Positions 39,412-51,592 of a DNA stretch of 64,000 nucleotides are shown here, piece after piece. Under the pieces are notes generated by a model. That model saw only the letters and a program-made list of their open reading frames with translations, was not told the DNA's origin and searched no databases. Source of the DNA: Octopus sinensis (Eukaryota); assembly GCF_006345805.1 (NCBI RefSeq), contig NC_043010.1, positions 26,598,001-26,662,000 on the forward strand. The letters are read 5' to 3'. Made by a program: the position numbers and the translations under genes. The stretch's first letter is position 1. Each line of letters opens with the position of its first letter.

Positions 39412-40733
39412 TTATCTTTTATCTTCTACTTGTTTCAGTCATTAGATTGTGGCCATAATGGGGCACCACTTAGTAGGATTTTTATTAACCCTTTCGTTAC
39501 TATATTTCTGACGAAAATACACCCCTCATGAGTTTCAATTAATTTCTAAAATAATCATGAATCTAGGCTTGTTTCATTAAATAACTGTAACTTTTTTACT
39601 TATCAACATATTAATGTGATATTTGGAACATAATTAAAGAAAGGGTTCTTAATCAATTCTATTGCATAATTTTTGTCTCAAAGTGACTTTAATTACAGGT
39701 AAATCCAGGTAAATTGAGCAAAAGGTAAAAATATTAAAATTTTGTTTAAACATCACCATAGAAAATGAATCATCAGCTAATATTCAAATGGGTATATAAC
39801 AAAATTTTAATAAAGAAGAATTGTGCACATCACTATATCATCAGTTGAATTTAATGCACAACAAGTGTACCATAAAGGTGGAATAAACTGAAATACTGGA
39901 ATCCACCGCAAGTTTGACTGAATTAAAGAAATCGGTCAAAAAATAATATACGGCCCTGGTTATGGTATGGAAGTGATAAATTCCAGACCACATCGTTCCC
40001 TAGGCCATGCTAACTAACATTATTTTCCCTGTATAAAAACTAAATCCACGCAGTACCCAGTATTTGCTTCACAAATTTTCCGAAATTTGAACCCCCATTT
40101 TGTGTTTGTTTACATTCTGCGTGAGTTTGTTTCCGCATTGATCGCTTCAAACAATAACTTCCAGACCACATCATACCCTAAGCCATACTGACTAACATTA
40201 GTTTCCCTGTATAAAAACTAAATCCACAACAGTACCCAGTATTTGCTTCACAAATTTTCTAATTCGGAATCAATGCTTGATAACATGAATCTCCTATCCA
40301 TTTTCAAAGTTGAAGAAAAATCGATGCCAAAAAAAATGTGGAAAAAATCTCCCAAAGTTCAGGGAATTAAAATTACACGTCGATCATTGTACAAAACTGT
40401 AGATGAACTGTTTACGAAGTATAATCACGTATTTTCACGAATGTACTAAAGAGATTTGCTCTGATATTCTCATTTAAATATGAATAGGTAAATATGGGCG
40501 GCTTTGGGCGGTTTGGTCACATTAACCAAAATTTTTTTCAGGCAGCTTTGGGCGGTATGGTAACGAAAGGGTTAAACAAATCAACTCCAGTACGTTTTTT
40601 GCTTTATAAACTTTGTACTTATTCTATCAGTCTCTTTGCTGAACTGCTATGTTATTGGGACATAAACACACCAACACAATGTGCCATGCAGTGGGACTGA
40701 ACCTAGAAAGAAACTGCTTACCACACAGCCACA
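39412..40733 (-). mobile_element. Group A SINE interrupted by a piggyBac-like element
   Basis: SINE tail 39412-39484 continues at 40576-40733. Confidence 0.7.
39489..40571. mobile_element. Non-autonomous piggyBac-like element, 1083 bp
   Basis: TTAA-CCCTTTCGTTAC ... GTAACGAAAGGG-TTAA (12-bp perfect TIR, TTAA duplication); internal ~100-bp direct repeat at ~39975 and ~40152. Confidence 0.85.
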
Positions 40734-41146
40734 TATCTGCCTAAAAATGTAGTCAGCGAATTGAACTTTGCACCTCTCAAATTCCGGCTGAGCGCTGTGT
40801 ACCATTGAGCTAAATTATTTAGTAATGAAACAATTGAAAGATTCCTTCCTGTAACATTGGCATTTCTACCCTAACCAGTATAGCACCACCCTTAAGGGAC
40901 ATCAACTGAACGTTGCTAACTAACAAATCCTTATCAACAGTATTTTAACCCATTCAAGCAATATTGCTCGTTTGTCATGAATTCCAGACTTGGTGCTTTG
41001 CCAAATTCCCAATATAGCAGGAATTGGCAAACTCCATGTTGAAATCCAGTCAGACTAAATATAGACCAATCAATCAATCAGTGAAAAGAAAGATAAGTTA
41101 TCAGTGCAGAATTGGGCAGTTTACAAACGTTTACTGACAGACACAG

Positions 41147-41525
41147 TAGGTGCAGGAGTGGCTGTGTGGTAAGTAGCTTGCTTACCAACCACATGGTTCC
41201 GGGTTCAGTCCCACTGCATGGCACCTTGGGCAAGTGTCTTCTACTATAGCCTCGGGCCGACCAAAGCCTTGTGAGTGGATTTGGTAGACAGAAACTGAAA
41301 GAAGCCCGTCATATATGTATGTGTGTGTGTATGTTTGTGTGTCTGTGTTTGTCTCCCCCAGCATCGCTTGACAATCTATGCTAGTGTGTTTATGTTCCCT
41401 TTAACTTAGTGGTTCAGTAAAAGAGAATGATAAGCTTACAAAGAATAAGTCCTGGGGTCGATTTCCTCGACTAAAGGCAGTGCTCCAGCATGGCCATAGT
41501 CAAATGACTGAAACAAGTAAAAGAG
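41147..41525 (+). mobile_element. Group A SINE, full length
   Basis: Colinear with other copies. Confidence 0.92.
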
Positions 41526-43185
41526 AGAGTAAAGAGAGACAAAACTAGTTGTCTTGAATATTTTTCTCAAATGTTTTGACCATGAAGCTCACTGCATTCT
41601 AACAGAATTCCAGAATTCTAGGGGGAAAAGACAAGGGCATACATTGTTTATATTGCTCATTCACTTTTCACGTCCCCCCTCCAACATCCCTTATGATCAA
41701 CGTATCCTCCTTCCTCAGCCATTGCTATTTCTCACTTTATTTTAGCACCACACTGATATTTCCCACCAGCTGCTCTACCAGCCTTGCACATTGTCCACTA
41801 TGTCCACTTCTGCCTACCTCTCTAGCCATCTGTTGTTCTTCCCCCACATTCTTATGAAACTACCTTCTCCTCACTGATCCACTGACCATATTCTCTCTTA
41901 TGCTCTCACCTGCCTTGAGAATCTGTTCTAGCACACCATCACTTCCTTCTCCTCTTCTTTACCTTCATCTTCTGCCTAATTATTTCTACTCACTCCTTTC
42001 TCAAAGTCCAGCCCTTGACCTCATCATGGTGAGAAAGTTAAATGAGTGAGTGTCAAAGCTATGCTGTTAAGAACCCAAGACAAACAAGTCTGACACAAGG
42101 AGTGCTAGGGCCACAACCTGGCTAACTAGAGGGCAAGTGTGAATTCCAGACGGTGTCTGTTCTGGAATCCAGTGGCTTCCTGGTAGCAATGGATTGTGTC
42201 TGCAGGCACCAGTGAGAAAGCATAACAGGAGGTCGACCTGCCATCAGTAGTGTAAGATGGCTTACGAATACAGAGAGAAACTGTTTCCACAGACTCTGAT
42301 CAACTCTTGAAACTCCTATGAACTCACAACCACAGTTAACTCAATAGATGCCAGCTTAACCCCTTTCAGGTGAATGCCATTACAAGACAAGACAAGACTA
42401 TTCACTCTTATAATGTGGAGTAACCATGTGTCCCTTCTATAGCAAGTTCTTGTCCCTCTTTCATACTTTAGCCCCTCAGCCTCTAGCATAAAGTCATCTT
42501 GCCCTTCCTAATCCTCCCCCCCCCCCACCACCACTTAGTCATAGGGGCTTTTGCCTTTCCTGTTTTTTCTGTCTTGTATTATATTTGGCCACCTCACTAG
42601 TGCTGGTGGCATGAAAAGAAGCACTCTGTACACACTGTAAAGTTGTTGGCATTAGGAAGGGCATCTGGCCATAAAAAAAAAAGCACTCCATCTCATACTG
42701 TTCCGCAATCACTTTGACACCTGGCACATGGTACACCATGCACCTGTTCAGACAGTGTCAATTTGATGGGGTAAACTAACGTGCAACACAAACATTTGAT
42801 CACCAAAAACAAATCATTTGTGCAGGTCATGTGGCAAAAGCTGAACATTTGTATATCGTCTTTGATCTGAGAGAGACCATCACTATTATCATTATTAAAA
42901 GAAGTACCACCTTCACACTGGGAGTCAATGTAATCAACTTACCTCCTCCCAGAAATTGCTGGCCTTGTGCCAAAATTTGAAACCGTTATTATCTTTAACT
43001 GTTGTATACTATAGATCCTTCCCTTTTTTGTTTTATTATATACCGTGTGTACTTTCAAATTTGTTTTTTTTAATCATTTCATTATATCTAAACCCTAACA
43101 CTTTATGTCTGTCTTTGTACTGTCCAATCCCACCTCAACTTTCATCTTGGTAGCAAATAAAAGAAATCATTTATTATTATTATTA

Positions 43186-43219
<34 letters not shown>

Positions 43220-43220
<1 letters not shown>

Positions 43221-43774
43221 GAGTGAGAGAGCAGTTCATGCCATCAAAGTGACACTGGGGTAAAATATACGAAGCCCAATATACCCATCATGACTACCCG
43301 TCTGATAAGGGTACACCAGGCACATGCATCACAACCATATGTGCGCGACATTGTGATCTCGTATCAAGATAAACAGCACATGACCTTGCAGGTGGGGCCC
43401 AGTTAGAATTTTCTTCAGGTCGAGTAGCCCATCCTGCTCAAAAGGTCCCTGAATAAGGTTGCTTTAGGATGTTGAACGAAACACCCATGTTTCCAGAGGT
43501 GAATTATTCAAACTCCAAAGAATCCCTCTCAACACATGGCTATGATGCTCCCCCACTACTTCTGCTCGTGATCAGAGATGCACGTATTGTCAGCCACTAA
43601 GGGACATACTCAACTGGTTAAGGTCAAACAACTGACAAGCAAATCTGTGGTATTGAGCAGAATATTTGCTGTAGCCCATCTTTTATACCAAGACAAAACA
43701 ATGTACATGATAACACTTCCAATTAGTTAAGATCAGAAGCTATGAGAGCCACTGCCTGGTACTGCATCAGGGCA
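43220..43774 (-). mobile_element. Unclassified 555-bp (TAA)n-embedded element, copy 1
   Basis: Flanked by (ATT)n on both sides; about 95% similar (by eye) to 43847-44402 with the same ends; strand inferred from tail direction. Confidence 0.7.
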
Positions 43775-43837
<63 letters not shown>

Positions 43838-43846
43838 CATTATTAT

Positions 43847-44402
43847 TGAGTGAGAGAGCAGTGCATGCCATCAAAGTGACACTGGGGTAAAATATACGAA
43901 GCCCAATATACCCATCATGACTACCCGTCTGATAAGGGTGCACTAGGCACATGCATCACAACCATATGTGCGCGACATTGTGATCTCATATCAAAATAAA
44001 CAGCACATGACCTTGCAGGTGGGGCCCAGTTAGAATTTTCTTCAGGTCGAGTAACCCATCCTACTCGAAAGTTCCCTGAATAAGGGTTGTTTAAGGATGT
44101 TGAACAAAACACCCATGTTTCCAGAGGTGAATTATTCAAACCCCAAAGAATCCCTCTCAACACATGGCTATGATGCTCCCCCACTACTTCTGCTCGTGAT
44201 CAGAGATGCACATATCGTCAGCCACTAAGGGACATGCTCAACTGGTTAAACTCAAACAACTGACAAGCAAATCTGTGGTATTGAGCAGAATATTTGCTGT
44301 AGCCCATCTTTTATACCAAGACAAAAAAATGTACATGATAACACTTCCAATCAGTTAAGATCAGAAGCCATGAGAGCCACTGCCTGGTACTGCATCAGGG
44401 CA
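43847..44402 (-). mobile_element. Unclassified 555-bp (TAA)n-embedded element, copy 2
   Basis: As for copy 1. Confidence 0.7.
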
Positions 44403-44437
<35 letters not shown>

Positions 44438-44440
<3 letters not shown>

Positions 44441-44990
44441 GTTTGACTTTTGCTTTGTATTTGTACAAGTTGACTCCAAGTCTCACCCAGAGACCTCAAG
44501 AGACAACAAGTTAGAAGTTCAAGTTGGCGTTATGCCTAGGGTGCCATAAATTTGGTTTTGTACATAGAATTGTTCTAGAAAATAATTAAGAAAACATAAG
44601 AAAATTATAAGTTTGTTTTAAAATTTGAGATTACGTAGAAAGTATTTTGTGTAGGATATGGGCAGGTCCTACGAGCACTATCTTTTAAATTTCTGCCATT
44701 TAGGGGTTTCCTGGTATCAGAATTAGGTAGCAATCAGCCCCTTTTGCTATCATTCCTAGGGCACCTACGACAACAGGTATAGTTTTAGTTTTCAGGTTCC
44801 ACATTTTGCTAATTTCTATTTCAAGATCTTTATACTTGCTCAGTTTTTCGTAGGTCTTGACTGATATGTATATATCGATAGGAACAGTCATATCAATGAG
44901 GAAGCATGATTTTTGTCTGAAGTCTTTCAATATGATATCTGGCCTATTCGCATCTATCTTTCTGTCAGTTTGAATGGCGAAGTTCCAGAG
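44438..44990 (-). mobile_element. R4/Dong-like LINE 3' fragment (RLE domain plus 3' UTR)
   Basis: LWNFAIQTDRKIDANRPDIILKD...IDMTVP...KYKDLEIEISKMW; tail AAAGTCAAACATA(TAA)n. Confidence 0.9.
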
Positions 44991-45800
44991 ATCATTATTA
45001 TTAAGGCAGTGAACTGGCAGAATTATTAGTGGGCTGGATGAAATGCTTAGTGGTATTTCACCCACTGCTATGTTCTGAGTTCAAACACCACTGAAGTCAA
45101 CTTTGCCTTTTATTAATAAAATAAGTACCAGTTATACACTGGGGGAAGGGGCAATGTAATCAACTCATCCCCTCCCCCAAAACTACTGTCTTTGTGACAA
45201 ATTGTTAAACCATCATTATTATTAAGGCAGTGAGCTTTGAGAATCATTAGCACGCCTGGCAAAAGGCTTGGTAATACTTCCTCCATCCTTACATTCTGTG
45301 TTCAAATTCCTTAAAGTTCAGCCTTGCCTTTCATCCTTTCTGGATCAATAAAATAAGTACCAGTTACGTACTGAGGTCAATATAATTGACTACCCCCTCC
45401 CACCAGATTTCAGGATTGTGCCTTTTGCAGACAGGATTCTTTTCTACTATAGGCGCAAGACCCGGAATTTTTTTTTTTGGGGGGGGGGGGGCATTCGATT
45501 AGATCAACCACAGTACACAACTGGTACTTAATTTATTGGCTTCGAAAGGATGAAAGGCAAAGTCAACATCAGCGGAATTTGAACTCAGAACGTAAAGACA
45601 GATGAAATACCCGTCAGTATTTTGCCTGGTGTGCTAATGTTTCAGCCAGCTTGCTGCCTTCCTTTTGCCTATGCACTTTTCTATTCTAGGCACAAGGCCT
45701 GAAATTTTAGGGTGTGGGGCCGGTCGATTAGATTGACCCCAGTATGCAACTGGTACTTAATTTACATTATTTTCATTTGAGGGATATTTATCTTGTTGTT

Positions 45801-45846
45801 AACACAACGTTTCGGCTGATATATCCTCCAGCCTTCATCAGGTGTC
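45801..45846 (-). ncRNA. Minimal type-I hammerhead ribozyme motif, core intact
   Basis: gacac-CTGATGA-a-ggctg(gaggatatat)cagcc-GAAA-CGT-T-gtgtt; predicted cut between 45806 and 45805. Confidence 0.8.
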
Positions 45847-45923
45847 TTGAGGAAATTTCGAACCTGGGTTCTCATTCCTAAGGTATTTTTCAATGTTGTT
45901 GTTGTTGTTATTATTATTATTAA

Positions 45924-45970
<47 letters not shown>

Positions 45971-46044
45971 GGGTCACTGCCTGGAATCGAACTCAGAATC
46001 TTGGGGTTAGTAAGAATGAGAACCCAAGTTCGAAATTTCCTCAA

Positions 46045-46090
46045 GACACCTAATGAAGGCTGGAGGGTATATCAGCCAAAACGTTGTGTT
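46045..46090 (+). ncRNA. Hammerhead motif with inactivating core changes
   Basis: CTAATGA (G5A) and AAAA (G12A) with intact stems. Confidence 0.7.
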
Positions 46091-47657
46091 AGCAACAAAC
46101 AAGATGAGGACAAATATCTGTCAAATGTAAATAATGTACATAATTCCTCATCTCTTAAATATAGAACTGTGGTACTTAATTTATCGACCCCGAAAGGATG
46201 AAAGGCAAAACCAACCTCTATGGAATTTGAACTCAGAATGTAAAGACAGATGAAATACCGCTAAGCATTTCACTTGGCGTGCTAATGGTTCTACCAGCTC
46301 TCTGCCTTCTTTAGCAGACAGGATTATTATCATTGTTACTAAGGCAACGAGTTGACAGAATCGTGAGGGCGCAAGACAAAATGCTTATCTTCCTCCATCT
46401 TTATGTTTTGAGTTCAAATTCCACTGAAGTCATCTTTGTCTGTCACCCTTTTCAAGTCAATAAAATAAGTACCAGTTATGCACTGGGGAGGGTCAATCTA
46501 ACCAATTCACTCACCAATTACAAAACTGCTGGCCTTGTGCCAAAATTTGAAGCATTGTCATTACTGTTCAATGCTCAACACCCCAATTTCTTCAAGTAAT
46601 AGTAGTAGTGGTGGTGGTAGTAGCAACGGCAGGGAATGTTGTATTGCCAAATACTGTTTTTTCTGGATATGCATGGGTCAAATTCTTGGCAGTAACATTT
46701 AGTTTCTTCAAAGTAGGTCTTCTTCATTCTTTAACTGTCACAAAACCAAAAACAACAACAACAGCAACATGAAAACAGCAAAAGCCAGACCTTTGAGTGC
46801 ATTTATTTATTTTTTGTATTTTTTTGGTGGGTGGGTGGGGGGGTTGCTGCTGAAACATGAAAGAATAAAAGACAATAATTAAGAGATGTCAATGCCCTGC
46901 AACAATCACAATAACATTGTCTGCCATGAAAAATGGCCATCTTCCTGTAAGAATAAACTACCTTGACTCTTGTTTCTGTATCTCAACAGGGGTTTCCTAA
47001 CTAACAATTTCCTGCAATTTTTGGACTGACATTCTCATATCAATCATTAGACTTCAAATAAATTTAACTCTCTCTCACTCTCTCTCTCCCTCTCTATCTC
47101 TCCTCTTTTTCTCTCCCACCCTGCCTATTCTTTTAATCTCTCTTTCTCTTTATCTGTGTACACCCATGCACGCATGCACACACACACACACATTCCCATG
47201 GCTACATCCAATATGCATACATACATGTGTATGTATGTATATCTATCTACCTACCTACATACATATATATATATATATATATATACTATTGTGTCTGGGG
47301 AGAGTTATTTTCTTTTTGTGCCTTATAATTCACTCATATATATATGCAGTGTGTGGATATATATACGTGTGTATGAATGTTGCATGGTTGCATGTATATG
47401 TGCATCTGTGTGTTTCATGCAAGTGTGAGTGAACATATGCATGTAGGCACATGTATGTGGGTGTGCATGTACGCATGTGTATGTATGTGCATGCATACGC
47501 GATTGCTATGAGCAGCTTTACTCCTTTACTTCCTCCCCTTCGGTTTTACCCCTTATTTAATGGTCATTCTAATAGCTCTGTTGTCTTAATAACGGTCAAT
47601 CACATAGTAATTTCCCCTTCTTTAATGGTCATTTTCATAACATATCTTGATTGCCTT

Positions 47658-47718
47658 GATAACTGAAAGAGATGCCAGAGCAAGTTTCCACTCCAACATC
47701 CGAAACTCGGATTCTTAT
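47658..47718 (+). ncRNA. Decayed hammerhead motif, same family as 54874-54934
   Basis: gataa-CTGAAAGA-gatg..catcc-GAAACTCGGATT; downstream flank homologous to 54840-54870. Confidence 0.5.
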
Positions 47719-48389
47719 TATGGCAACCGAATATTTGTCACATATTATATTACAGATGTATGTATATATATATTTGCAGTGGGGAGTATATCTGCATTTC
47801 ATTTTTCCTTTTCTTCCATTTCCTTTGTATTCTCAAAAAAGTTTGTGCCCAATTCCTTAAAATATGTATGTATGTATATATGTATGTATCATAACAAAAA
47901 CCTACAAATCTTGTGAAATACAGCTACTCAAGGTTTCTTGGTTGAAATATTAATTTATTTTGCCATTTTCCATACTGATAAAAGCAACAAGATGTTTTTT
48001 TTAACTGTATTCAAAGCAATTGATGTTTGAATGAGAACACTCATATAGAAAAAGACAGAGAGGGAAAAAAACACAGAGAGAAAAACATAGATGAGATAAC
48101 CAATGTTACAACAAACGTTATGCACATCAAAATTACACGAGCCAGACTGGAATAGTTTATGATGTGCCTGGTAATCTATCTTTAATTCCTCTTAAGATGT
48201 ATTGTTTTTAAGATGTGGACATAAAGGAAAATTCTTGTTTCTGGAAGTTACACAGTCATTGGAGGCTCATGATTTTTAAAAAAAGTTTTTTGAGGTAGCA
48301 TATTGAACATATTTTTGACCCATTAACATAGGGTTTGGTCTGGGAAGAGATTTTCCATTTAATGTTGCTTAGTGCCTTTAGTAGAAAGG

Positions 48390-48437
<48 letters not shown>

Positions 48438-48464
48438 GTTAATATTATTATTGATTAATAAGAT

Positions 48465-48672
48465 AACAAGCTGGTAGAATTGTTAGCATGCCAGGCAAAA
48501 TGCTTAGCAGCATTTCGTCCCTCTTCACGTTCTGAGTTCAAATTCTGCCAAGGTCGACTTTGCTTTCACCTTTTTGGAGTTGATAAAATAAGTACCATTT
48601 GAACCCTGGGGGTGGTGTAACTGACTTACCCACTCCCCTGAAATTACTGGCCTTGTGCCAAAATTTGAAATC
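48465..48672 (+). mobile_element. Group C SINE
   Basis: Matches the group C consensus seen in this window. Confidence 0.8.
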
Positions 48673-48822
48673 GTCATTATTATTATTAGTATCATTAATA
48701 ATAATAATAATGATAATGATATAAATGTTTAAGTATTCTTATAAATTGTGTATACAAATATTTATATACATTATATTATGTTATATACTATACATCTATT
48801 ATACACACATATATATACATGG

Positions 48823-48876
<54 letters not shown>

Positions 48877-50380
48877 CATCATCATCATCATCATCGTTTA
48901 ACGTCTGCTTTCCATGCTAGCATGGGTTGGATGATTTGACTGAGGACTGGCGAACCAGATGGCTGCACCAGGCTTCAGTCATGATATGGCAGTGTTTCTA
49001 CAGCTGGATGCCCTTCCTAGTGCCAACCACTCTGAGAGTGTAGTGGGTGATTTTACGTGCCACTGGCACAGGGCCAATCAGGCGCTACTGGCAATGACCT
49101 CGCTCAAATCTTTTACACATGCCACTGGCACAGGTGCCAGTAAGGCGATGCTGGTAACGATCACGCTCAAATGGTGCCGTTTACGTGCCACCAGCACAGA
49201 GGCCAGTTAGCCGCTCTGGCAATGATCATGCTCGAATGGTGCTCTTAATACCCTACTAGCACGGGGCTCGAGTGCCAGTAAGGTGACGCTGGTAACGATC
49301 ACACTCGAATGGTGCCTTTTATGTGCCACTGGCACGAAAGCCAGTTAGCCGCTCTGTCAACAATCACACTCATATGGTGCTCTTTGCACCCCGCTAGCAC
49401 AGATGCCAGTCATCGAATTTGATTTTGATCTCACTTGCCTCAATAGGTGTTCGCAAGCAGAGTTTTAGTGTCCAAAGAAGGAAAAGGTACGCATAAGTGG
49501 GCTTGTTACGCCCCTGGCATAGGCCACAAGGTTCTGGTCTCATTTGGCTTGCTGAGTCTTCTCAAGCACAGCATATTTCCAAAAGTCTTGGTCACTAGTC
49601 ATTTCCTTGGTGAGGCCTAAAGTTCGAAGGTCGTGCTTCACCACTTCATCCCAGGTTTCCTGGGTCTACCTTTTCCACAGGTTCCCTCAACCGCTAGGGT
49701 GTGGCACTTTTTCACACAGCTATCCTCATCCATTCTCGTCACATGACCATACCAGCACAGTTGTCTCTCTTGCACATCACATCTGATGCTTCTTAGGTCC
49801 AACTTTTCTCTCAAGGCACTAACACTTTGTCGAGTATGCACACTGACATTACACATCCATCGGATCATACTGGCTTCATTCCCTGCGAGCTTACGCATGT
49901 CCTCAGCAGTCACAGCCCATGTTTCACTGCCATGTAGCATGGCTGTTCGTACACATGCGTCATGCAGTCTACCTTTTACTCTGAGCGAGAGGCCCTTTGT
50001 CACCAGCAGAGGTAAGAGCTCTCTGAACTTTGCCCAAGCTATTCTTACGAGCAGCTACACTTTCAGCGCACCCACCTCTGCTACTGACTTGGTCACCTAG
50101 GTAACGGAAGCTATCAACTACTTCTAGTTTTCCTCCCCGGAATGTGACAGAAGTTGGTCTCTGCGCTTTTTCAGATGCTCCCGAGCATCTGCCACATACA
50201 AAAACTATCTTCCCCGTTAGCCTTCCTTTGATATTACTGCACCTCTTATGTGTCCATAGATGACACTGGGTACATCTTATAGAGTTTCTACCTACGCCTC
50301 TACTACAGATTGAGCAGGGCCATCTACCTGAAGGGATTTGTGGTTTGTCTGCCTTCCTACTTATTAGGACTTTGGTTTTA

Positions 50381-51592
50381 CAAGGGGCGTTCAATAAGTA
50401 ATGCCCCTGACCCACTTCCCATAGCAGTAGAGCAACGAAACTTGGCACAGTTATTAGTCTTGTTTTACATAGGAACCACCCAGAGTTACGCATTTCTCCC
50501 ATCGTTTGATGCAGCTCTGGAGACCATTTTTGTAGAAGACCCCAGCTTCGTCCTCCAACCATGACGTGACTTCAGAAATCAAGGCTGCATCATCTGGGAA
50601 ACGCTTTCCTTTCAAAAACATCTTTATGGCTGGGAAGAGGTGAAAATCAGAGGGTGCAAGGTCAGGAGAGTAGGGGGGATGGAGGAAGAGTTCATAGCTG
50701 CGCGCTTGTGCTTCTGATCTGGCGACACGCGAGTTGTGGACCTGAGCGTTGTCCTGCAAGAGGCGGATGCCTTTGCTGATCTTGCCCCGCCTCTTGATTT
50801 TGATAGCTTCTTTTAATTTTCTCAAAAGTGAAGCATAATAGGCTCCTGTAATTGTGGTACCCTTTGCCAGGAAATCTGTCATCACTACTCTGTCCTGGTC
50901 CCAGAAGACTGTGAGCATGACTCTGCCAGCAGAGAGCTGCACCCTTGCCTTCTTTGGAGGTGGTGAGTCACGGTGCTTCCACTGCATTGACTGGGCTTTG
51001 GTCTCTGGATCATAGTGATGGACCCAGGTTTCGTCCTGTGTAATCAGTCTTTTGAAAAATTTTGACTCATCTTCTTGGCATATCTCCAAATTCATCCTCG
51101 AGCACTTGACGCGTTCTTGCTTCTGGAAAGGTGTGAGCAACCTGGGAATCCATCTGGCAGACACCTTTTGCATATGCAAATGGTCATGAATGATAGTTTC
51201 CACAGACTCGGTACTATGCATCGATTTTCCAAAATGGCAGTCTCAACTTGACGGACAGATGCCTCATCAATGGCAGAAGTGGGGTGACCAGATCTGAGAG
51301 CTGTTTCCACAGATTTCCGACCTTGTTTGAATTCATGATGCCAGCGTTTTACAAGGTCATATGATGGGGCATCATCAGCATAAGTTACTTTCATTTCATC
51401 AAAAGTCTCCTGTGGTGTGCGTCCTTTCAAATACAAAAACCGGATCACTGCTCGACACTCAACAGGCTCCATTTCACACTTGACTCAGTTCAAACTTAAT
51501 CTATAGAGATATAAATAATTGCACATGCAAATTTTCAGCTAGATCAAACAACTGCAAGTGGGTCAGGGGCATTACTTATTGAACGTCCCTCG
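50381..51592 (-). mobile_element. Mariner (D,D34D) transposon, 1212 bp
   Basis: 37-bp TIRs with 2 mismatches (C[A/G]AGGG[G/A]CGTTCAATAAGTAATGCCCCTGACCCACTT); TA at 50379-50380 and 51593-51594. Confidence 0.95.
50454..51472 (-). pseudogene. Mariner transposase, broken by one frameshifting deletion near 51215
   Basis: WIPRLL, ITQDETW, LLQDNA, HPPYSPDLAPSDF; 34 residues between the second and third Asp. Confidence 0.93.

Larger units (their letters stand above)
45765..46169. mobile_element. TSD-bounded inverted Penelope-like insertion with two hammerhead motifs
   Basis: 14-bp direct repeat TGGTACTTAATTTA at 45751-45764 and 46170-46183; ~115-bp inverted arms around (ATT)n. Confidence 0.85.
45001..46312. 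mobile_element. Cluster of group C SINEs in both orientations; the last one is split by the hammerhead element
   Basis: + copies at ~45001-45210 and ~45223-45435; - copies at ~45440-45665 and 45675-45764 continuing at 46170-46312. Confidence 0.75.

Noticed and set aside
40755-40812. tRNA gene on the - strand
   Set aside because: A-box and B-box-like motifs are present but there is no acceptor stem; at most a decayed SINE head
41600-42030. LINE APE-endonuclease remnant on the - strand
   Set aside because: Only vague similarity (KWT-like motif) with many stops
38795-46734. Exon-like segments with a single in-frame TGA (PL*GPRSEDPF at 38795-38882; KE*RRPTLKK at 46734) as readthrough or editing-rescued codons
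   Set aside because: No homology support; such frames are expected by chance in AT-rich DNA
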